From the NCBI RefSeq assembly GCF_032062105.1, contig NW_026924382.1, positions 1 to 64,000 of the forward strand: DNA of 64,000 nt. Direction: 5' to 3'. Made by a program: the position numbers and the translations under genes. This DNA comes from Saccostrea cucullata. Its lineage: Eukaryota. The first letter of the stretch is position 1. The number at the start of each line of letters is the position of its first letter. A model generated the notes under the pieces. It was given only the letters and a program-made list of their open reading frames with translations. It did no database searches and was not told the DNA's origin. Of the stretch, positions 54,539-64,000 are shown piece by piece.

Positions 54539-55228
54539 TTTCATGCGCCAAATTCCTGATACTTTTTTTGTGTAGGGCCTATCAGAAAACCCCTTCTATA
54601 TTCAAATATTAAAATGAAATAAAAAAAATAAAATAAAAAATGAAATAAATAAAAAAAAAATAATTAATTATAATGATTTTTTGCAAACTAAGTTTTGGGA
54701 GAATAAATTATAAAAGTGTTAATTAATTATGATTAATTATTTCATAAATTTCAATGCACTGATGAATGTCTTGCGCCAACAAGTAGAAATTTATGTACGA
54801 AATGTTTTTTTTATTTTTTTTTTTTGATATATAAAAGAAAGATCTCTATTAAATGAGTACATCCTTACAAATAAATTCTTTCAAAAATGTTTAATTGTCG
54901 GAAAATAGCTCTTCAGAGAGCTTAATGTTCTTTGTTGATGTACCCGACTTTAAATAAATATTATCTTATCTATCTTATCTTATCTTTCAAGATGATAAAA
55001 GTGAAGATTGGCAAAAAGGATCAGTGGCGGTACATTTAGAACCATATCCCTGATGAATTTTAACAAAAACGGAAAATGATATCAGATATTGAAATTTTCA
55101 TAAGCCACAAAGTATATAATGAAATATAAAATTGTGTCTAATAAAAATTCTCAGAAGGGGGGAGGGTTACACCATCCATTCGTCAGGTGCCTGTGGTACG
55201 AACATTAACTGGAGTATCAGTGCAATTA

Positions 55229-55230
<2 letters not shown>

Positions 55231-55262
<32 letters not shown>
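55231..55262. repeat. (TC)n microsatellite
   Basis: Directly visible. Confidence 0.9.
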
Positions 55263-55266
<4 letters not shown>

Positions 55267-55592
55267 GACCCAGGAAAAACGAAAAAGTACATACATGTAC
55301 GTACAATGTATGCACTCATTATGTAGCTACCGGGGAATTTTTCGCGTGCCCAGTATCATCCTCGGGCTTTTCGTTATATACAGGGACCTTAATACTGAGT
55401 ATATAGTCGCGCATACAAAGAACATTTTTCCTCTTATTTAATGCACATCTGGTGAATTTTAATGTAGGGTCTTAAAATTGTAAGAACATATGATTAATTT
55501 TGGCCGTTGAAAGTGCATAAAGTTACATGCATGGTTACAATAAAAATTGCACTGATAATGCCCTGATAATTATTTTTTCGTCTTGCTGTGAA

Positions 55593-58500
55593 ATGATGTC
55601 TTTTCATTTGCTCTTAGTTTTTTCTTTTGGATATTTTGCTGTTCAAGGTAACTGTTTTTACATGTCCTTTATGCCAACTTCTGAAAGATATTTTTAGCAA
55701 TAAAAGGGGTTTTTATTCAACTGAACAATGCACATATATGGAAGCCCTGGAGTACATATATTTGTAAACGAAATCAAAAAATAAACTTAGATGAAAGTAG
55801 CAAAAATTACAAAAGTTTAACTTTTTTAAATGCGAAAAAAAAACGCCGCAATGATAAACAGTCATGACTGCAACGTACGACATTATTACACGAATTGGGG
55901 GTGTTCTACAGGACAAAGACTAATGATTGCGTGTCCATATCTATTTTAAAGATGTCCATCACTGTAAATATAGTTAATTACGTTACTATGAAAAGTCATA
56001 AAATACTGGAACTAATAGCTGTTGACAACAGAAATGCTTACGTAATGCAGTAAGACAATGTCTCAATCCACGGTCTGGATTCAACTCATAGCTCGCTCTC
56101 TTTATCTCCTCCTCCTCCCAGATTAGGAGAGGATCTTATATTTTGACCGTGGAATGCAATGTTGTATTAAAAAAATACTTCATTTTATATATAAGAGAAT
56201 TAAATCCCTTCTCCGATTTATATTTTATAATCAATTCTTATTGCTTTAAAAGGTGATGAACACATTCTGTCCAGAGTACGTCGTGTAGTTGGGGGAGAGA
56301 AGTTAGAGGAGGGAGAGGCCCCGTACCTGACATTTGTCGGAGGTAACTTTCAGAACGGCCGCAGAAAGCGCAGTATCTTCTGGTCACGCCCTAGGACCAC
56401 CACTACAACTACCACCACCAAGAGTCCACCCCTCGGGGAACCGGAACAATACTGTGCCGGAAGTCTGATCAGTGACCGATGGGCACTGACCGCAGCCCAC
56501 TGTTTTGATGGCAGAACTCAGTAAGTAGTTAATAGGAAGGAAAGATTGTGGGAATTATATGTGAGAGTTTAGTTTGGCAAACAGGCAAATATTTGTTTCA
56601 GTGTCCATATTTGGTTGCTAGATGCTTGGATAAATTTTTGAATGTGTTCATGAGCAGATCCAGGATTTTTATCCAAAGGGGGTCCATCTCAGTGAAAAAA
56701 AATTCCAACCCCAAAAAAATATCTAAGAAAATTTTTTTTTACTCCTATTACAAACGACTAAAATCTATAATACGCTCCGGGAGGGGGGGGGTACATGAAT
56801 GTGGGGTGGAAGTTCCATCCTTTTGACTCTCATCTCCAGATGCTGGAATCAATGTTAAAACTCACACACAATCACACGAAATAAAGTGTATTTTTTATGC
56901 AAAACAAAAGTGTTTTGGGTAAAACTATCCTGTTTTAAAGAGAATTTCACAAAAGATAAATATTAATTCTTTTCGGCTGAATAATAATGGACATATTAAA
57001 CTTTTTTATTAACTGACAAACTCCTTTCCGTCAAGAAATTTTGGCACCACACTTCTCTTTCTTCTATAAATTAATATCCATTCTACGTCTTTTAGAAGCG
57101 GACAGAGTTTTAAGGATCCCAGATTGTGGAAAGTAAAGATAGGATCAGTGTCATTAAATGATTTACAGGTATTTTACCTTGAAAGTCAAAATGTGGTTTA
57201 CTTAAAAATTAAAAGAAAATGTCAAGTGATGATTATGATGGTTCAAATTTCAAAAATATAGTATTCAATTCATGACATGTTTTATCATTTTCTTTAAAAA
57301 TATGCTTTTATAAAAAGATAAACTGCCATTATCCAAATAAAGTCGAATTGTGAATTCCTTTAAAATTTCAATTGTCGAGATTACATCCATAGCTGGCAAA
57401 AGTAACACGAAAAATAAACACTCAACACAATGAAAATTTGTTAATTAACAAGATAATATACTCTATGACTTCGTCTTTATGTTTATGTGTGTATTTGATA
57501 ATCTTGAATTAAAGAAGGCCTAATTTAAAAGATCTTACTTCATATATGTTACAGGAATCAAGAGGGCGTTCATGGATTAATAAACTTAAAGCACGGTGGT
57601 TTAAAAACAATGGAGGTCAAGATGGAAAGTACGTTGGACTCAAACAAATAATTATACATCCTGATTACAATGAAGGTAAAAATAATTTAGATATAGCGTT
57701 TTGTTTTTACATTTTATATTAACCCATCCAATCAACTACAAATAAACAGCATAGGTAGAATGTTGAATTCTATGACCTAAATGATATCACTAAGAAATAG
57801 AAAAACTCGATAATGCGGAATTTTATCATTAGTGGATATTCAATGGCATTAAGGATTGGGTAAAATGTGTGCATTTCTTCATGTACAGACTGCATCTTTT
57901 CAATCATTGAAATAGAATGATAGGATGATGATACCATTACATTTTTCTCAGACAATCCAGACGACAGGGGTGACATTGCAGTAGTAAAACTGGAAGAAGA
58001 AATAGAGTTTGGTCCGAATGTTCAAAAAATTAAACTAAACTCAGACCCCCGATATCCGCCTGACTGGACGATTTGTAAAGCCCAAGGGTGGGGCTGTACC
58101 AGACCAGGTTATTTCAATATATCTTAGTATTTAATTGTTTGTAAATGACTATATTTTGATTAATCAGCTCAAAATGGCCATTGTTAAGATCTCTCAATTA
58201 AAGGTTGTTAAATTATTTTAATTTGCTAGCTATAGCTTTAATTTGATTAATGACAAATCCAAAGCATAACAAATTAATTTGAAGAAGCCTACCAGAGTGC
58301 TTGCAAATCAAGATATGCTTATTACTTCATATCCCTCTAAAATGATCCACATAAATTTGGACTAGTGTTTTTGTCTATTTGTCTTTTCTTTCTATTATAG
58401 ATGGGCCTAGAAGTGACATTGCCCGATCTGCGACTCTGCCTATATTCGATTCAGATAGTTGTGCGCAATCATTTGACATAAATCTTAATATTTGCGCTGG

Positions 58501-59049
58501 ATTCTTTGACAGGGGAAGAGGCATTTGTTTGGTAAGATTTTTTGTGCATATCTTCGACGAAATTAAGGTCGTAATTTTTTGCATTTTTATTCTGATTATT
58601 CTGGTTTAGTATACATGTAATTGCTTTGTGAACGAGGATTAATTTGCTGTTGTTTTTTAACGTGCTGAATAAGGCAGGCTTAATCCCTATATGCAGATGT
58701 TAGAGGTATATTAACACATAAATTGGGAAGGTGTAACAAAGAAAAAAATCATAAAGTTTTTGTTTAAGATTACCATTAACGTCTCTTTCTTGTATATAAA
58801 ACAAAAACTTTTGCAAAATTGGACTTCGATGACTCCATTCTCTCTTTGATATGGTTTGGTGACATGATGTCTTTAAAATATTTTTTTTAGGGTGACAGCG
58901 GAGGACCTCTTCTCTGCAAAAGAGACGGGGAATTAGTTCAAGTCGGAGTCGCCTATCTCGCAAACCCCGAGGATCCGGCAAATAACCCGTCAATATACGT
59001 GCGCGTGTCGTCATACTTGGATTGGATAAAAAGACAGACTGGAATATAA
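55593..59049 (+). CDS. Secreted S1A (chymotrypsin-fold) serine protease, 320 aa
   Basis: Exons 55593-55647 (signal peptide), 56253-56520 (RVRR|VVGG, TAAHC), 57096-57168, 57555-57675, 57952-58107 (GDIAVVKL, GWG), 58401-58531, 58891-59049 (GDSGGP) total 963 nt. AATAAA at 59195. Confidence 0.92.
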
Positions 59050-59879
59050 CAATTTTCTAAGGCTTCTAAGGCTGTTATAGTTGGTATATGTACAGGAACC
59101 AACCAATGATTAAGTCAGCAGAAACACCTCCTCACCGTTCCTTTGGACTTTCAGATAATTACCATGGAATCATTTGATGGCAACAAAACTAAATAATAAA
59201 AAACTGTAAATAGCGTGTTCTGAAACATTTGTTTGAGCATTACCAATGTAACATTAAATTAAGTATTTTAATTAATTTAGAAAAAGCTTTGAATATGTTT
59301 ATGCTGATAGTCTAACTCTCTCAGTCTCGTCACTTATTTTTGCAGTATTTCCACTTAAATTGTCATGTACAATATAATCATATTCAATTACAAATACTCA
59401 TTAAAAACTGACTCGGTTAAAACTCAGTTGTTTGTTGTTATTTATCAATTACGCCCTGTTACTAGCTGACCATTTCTTGTATTCATTTATGAAACCTTTT
59501 CATAAGAAGAAGAAAAAAAAACGTGCATGGAGTTCAACTCGACATACTGCAAGGAACTGCTGGCTAACAGACTTGATCATGAGTGATCTGTTTAAAGAAA
59601 CATTCTTTCATGCAAAGAAATCATTTCAGTGCCTGAAATATAAAGAAATCGTAGGCTTTCCTTGGTGCTTAGATATGAGACTTTGTTTTGCTTTCTATAT
59701 ATAATTCCATACAAAAGTTTTGACAAATTTTTGACCTTATGAAAAAATCTTATAAAATTCTCCCACTATACTTGGTAAACAAATAAACATTATTCAGGTT
59801 ACCAATTTAAATGTAAATCTATGAGAAATATTGCTTATTTTTTAAAAAAGTTTGTTTCTGTTATTTATCCTCAATTAAT

Positions 59880-60470
59880 ATATCTCAGTGAACTTGAGTT
59901 ATATGGGATTCTACAGAATCTGCTGCATCTGTTTCATATCCGCATATATATTTGACTAGAAAAGACGTTAATGGTAAAATAATAACAAAACTTTATGTTA
60001 CATTGTAAAAGTAACGACTTCAATTTTCTCTATCTTCAACTTTCTTATAATTAAATGTACCCTTATCACCTGCATATGGAGTTAAGAATTCACACTGGAT
60101 AAAAAAAAAAACCCGCAAGAGCATGCACTACCAACACGTACAAACAATTTCTAAAACAAAGCAAGGTATTGGCAAACAGGTTGATAAAACAAGGATGTCA
60201 ATAGTCTCATTAAGTCAATATATATTTAGCAATGTATGGTCGATACAATAAACTTGTCAGTGAATACAAACTATCATCAAGCCTTCGATACAATAAACTT
60301 GTCAGTGAATACAAACTATCATCAAGCCTTCTGACATTTTTCAAACTAATTTACATATCAAATTTTCTACGTATTTTCCCGTTTGCTCAATCAAGGAACA
60401 CATGGCAGGTGTAACTGATCGATAGGGGATGCTTACTCTGCCATGGCACCTGATCTTTTCTCTCATGTTT
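59880..60470 (+). mobile_element. Decayed Penelope-like RT fragment plus 3' UTR
   Basis: Remnant peptides KDVNGKIITKLY, PLSPAYGV and YGRYNKLVSEY (with a 48-bp internal duplication), followed by the ggggatgcttactc..ggcacctgatc motif. Confidence 0.62.
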
Positions 60471-60567
60471 TAAGAAAAAGCAGTTTCCTCTATTCTCATT
60501 TTTATTGTTTTAATGGACCTTTGAGCTTGATTTCTGCTTATTATCCCCATAATTCATTTCAGAACTA

Positions 60568-60790
60568 CTGTGGATTCCTTATTTTTCGTGAGTACTTTTT
60601 ATCGCGAATGAGCTCTAGATCTTCAACGTCAAATCGCGAGAATAATAATTCGCGAACGGACGGTTGGTTAAAAGATTTAACGTAGATTTCAGCACCATTA
60701 AAATAAAGGCAAGCAATTTTATTTCGCGTGTGCTGCTTCTCGCGAAATTACGCAATAAATAATTCCACGTGTATATTTAGGAATCTACAG
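60568..60790. mobile_element. TA-flanked MITE
   Basis: ta|ctgtggattcct...aggaatctacag|ta. Confidence 0.72.
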
Positions 60791-61967
60791 TAGTGCATGC
60801 GTAGTATATTACGAATTATACGTACAATTAAGTACTTTAATATTACGATAAATCTAAAGGATAATTATTTTTAGAGAAAGGTTTGATAATTTTAAAGCAA
60901 AGGAAACTTTTCGAATCATTTTCATATTGTTTGATATATCTCTTATGTTCTGAATCATAAGATAGTTTTTGGAGATCATTTTTACCGTGACCAATAGAAT
61001 GGAGTTGTCTTTAACTATACTATACAACTTAATCTTGGAGGCAAAACAGTCTAACAATTCATTCAATATACTATATAATAAGTATTTCAGTCTGAAGTGT
61101 TATCTACTGAATAAAATGATACACTGAATACAAATAACTATGTAAAAAATATTTCGGGATAATAGAAAAGATTAAAAAAGAGACACATTGCATGCCCCAG
61201 GACTTGCACATGGGTACGGGGTTTGAATGATAAAATCACAACTAAGTACAATGTCCTGTTGATACTCCATGACCTAGCAACGGTAGTGGAAGTTATGGCA
61301 TACATGTCTTTTTTCTAAATAATTGCCACATCTGGTAAATGTTAATAAAAATGGATGAAACAGATTAAGGTGTGGGTAAAATTAGCAATTCAAAAGTTAT
61401 AAAAAGAAATAAATGCATTTTGTGATTGAAGTTAATAGGTTAATAGGATGAAGGTTTTCGTTTTTCTTTTCGTTTTTAATCTAGGAGTCATTACCGTGAA
61501 AGGTAAAAGATCAATTAATTTTCGATAGATATATTATATTCAAAATGTATACAGTTATTAATACAATTTTATAATCTTTGGTATTTTAAACTTAATTACA
61601 CATTCCGCACGATAGAATATGGTTCTATTTTATAACATGTAAGTACATAGTGTATAATTATTTTTTTTCACCTGAAAGTGCATTTGTAGAACGCAAAGAG
61701 AAAGTTAATTTATTAATGACTGAAGGACTGAATATTCAACATTTTTGATTTGTAATGTAATTTCTTTTATAAGTATTTTAAATTCAATTATGTTATAATG
61801 AATTTATCTCTTTGCATTGCATAAAACGTTATTTCGAGCCTGAATACTGTTCGTTATCTATATATCATGATCCGCCGAAACATGGCTGAAAAATTGCCGA
61901 CTCGGCGTTTAACAATATTCAGTCAATCACTGGCAACCATATTTCATGTATATTTCGTTTTAAAAAG

Positions 61968-63850
61968 GCGATAACCATATCTTGTCACGAGTGCGTCGTA
62001 TCATCGGAGGGAAATCACTAGAGGATGGAGAAGCCCCGTACCTCGTCTTTGTTGCTGGGGGCCAGAGAGTTGCCCGGGGTAGGCGCAGCATTTTTTATTC
62101 TCTGAGGAGGAGAGAAGACCCTAACTCTCCGGAGCAGTGGTGCACGGGGAGTCTGATCAACAGGCGATGGGTACTGACCACAGCACACTGCTTCGATGGA
62201 GAAAATGAGTATGTTTTAGGTTTTATGATACAGTTTATATTATAATTCTCTTCGGTATATATTTTTTTTCTTAAGGCTCATTGTATTTCCGATTATCTGA
62301 TCAACGAATGATTTTTTGAAAGAAATAAAAAAAATGAAAATAAAATGCACATAATTTCAACATTATTTGCTGGTCTAAATTTGGGTGAAATGATTTTGTC
62401 TTTTAGACTGGGTCGTAGTTTCAAAGATCCAGACTTGTGGAAAATGAAGATTGGATCAGTTGCTTTAAAGGTTGGTAATTATTTAAACATGCATACATAC
62501 CCGTACTCAAAGGATATTTAAAACAAATGATACTCTCTGCTCTTCGCTACCATATAAGTATTATGTCAAAGTTCATTTTGGGAAAGCCAAAGTATTCAAA
62601 TCTGAACATAAAATAGGAAGTGCATGATAATGGCACTATGAAATATGGAGGTAACTAAATCGGAGCAGTACAAACAAGTATGTATACCATTGAAACATCG
62701 AAGATGGAATAAGTTCCATGGAGGAGTAAGCAATTAACCCCCTTACCTGTTATAATGAATCTGTGAAATTCTCATGAAATCTAATCTTGTAAAAAGTTGA
62801 ATAACTAAGAGTTATCACAACATTTAATTGTAAATCAAGTAAATTCATTGAGCTGAATTTCGTTGTAAAATATATTTAAATATTATTTTAAAGAGTTACA
62901 TATATCTATTTTAGTTGGACTAGTTTATTAAACAGTTGGATTAATTTATTAACTAGGGTGACAGTAGTATTGTAAATTTTGGAATTTTATCCCCATCAAA
63001 TTTCATAACTTTGCCATTAACTTTTTACATAAAAGTTTACATTTTGTATACAATTCGGAGGGGGAGGGGGGGATGGCAGAAAGGTTAAAGTCGCCGGTAG
63101 TGAATTAAAACAAGATATACATGAAAGTCATTTTTATGTGACAAAGTGTGTATTTTTTATTAAACGAGAATGATAAAAGTTGATGATAAATGGCCATTGA
63201 CATCCTTTTTTTGATTTTGAATGTTTTTAGAAAACAAGGGGCGGATCCTCGTGGATAAACAGGCTCACGTGGTTCAGAAAAACCGCCGCCAAAGAACCTA
63301 GGTCTGTCAATGTGGATAGCATTATCATACATCCCGATTATGATGAAGGTATTAAAAGATGAACAAATTAAATGTACGAACGAATGCACTGAAAAAAAAT
63401 CACGGCATGAGAAAACTTAATATTAATTGTGCAAATTTAGAATTTTTCAGGAGAGGGGGGGGTCCAAATTCACTCTACAGGTATCGTTAAAAAATGACCA
63501 AAAAATGTAATCAACTTTCTTAAACCTGAAAACTTATTTTAAAAATGTAACGCGCATTTTAAATCAATTTAAACTGGGACTGTGGTTTCCAGCTGTTGGA
63601 TTGGTCATGGTCGTTTCTTGCACAATTGGTTACTTTTACAGAGTATAAAGCATGTTTGAACTCATAATTTACTATTAACACTTATATATACCAGATTTAG
63701 AAAATGGTAAGGGTGACATTGCAGTGGTTCGACTTTCTGAAGACGTATCTTTCGGGCCAGATGTTCAGGAAATAGTTCTCAACTCAGACTCCACATATCC
63801 CCCAGATGGTACAGAGTGTACAGCGCAAGGGTGGGGCTGTACCAGAAGAG
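61968..63850 (+). CDS. Second S1A serine protease paralogue (3' exons beyond window; 5' exons uncertain)
   Basis: Exons 61968-62208 (RVRR|IIGG, TTAHC), 62407-62470, 63231-63348, 63695-63850 (GDIAVVRL, GWGC), with the same phases as paralogue 1. Confidence 0.88.
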
Positions 63851-64000
63851 GTACGAGTCAAAACTTACGTCAAACTTTATTATACGGTAACACCCCCCCC
63901 CCCCCCTTTGAAATGAACAAAACTTGCATAGTTTTTTTTTTTAAAATAGATATGCAATAGTCAGACTTAACAATTGTTTAACTATAGTTCAAAGAGCATT

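Overview
AT-rich, intron-rich animal DNA. The HINE/Cg170-type satellite elements, SINEs and Penelope-like remnants point to a bivalve, probably an oyster (inference). All gene models were spliced by hand at GT-AG sites with phase checks. (1) 401-11034 (+): the 3' part of a gene encoding a Ser/Gly/Asp/Pro octapeptide-repeat exon, two micro-exons and one MAM domain. (2) Three intact 5-exon ankyrin-repeat/SOCS-box (ASB-like) paralogues on the minus strand, all starting MGQxxST, plus an orphan first exon left by a tandem segmental duplication. (3) Inside the duplicated block: a complete 398-bp TRIM whose two LTRs each contain a tRNA-like gene, a 3.4-kb insertion carrying an intronless SGNH-hydrolase ORF, and several MITE/HINE insertions that have empty sites in the paralogous copy. 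(4) A degenerate 1.4-1.8-kb tandem repeat array. (5) A complete 10-exon S28 serine carboxypeptidase (PRSS16/K12H4.7-like) with CLEAR-like promoter motifs. (6) Two tandem S1A serine proteases with furin-type activation sites and unusual loop insertions; the second runs off the window. Most entries in the supplied ORF track are spurious or are exon fragments.
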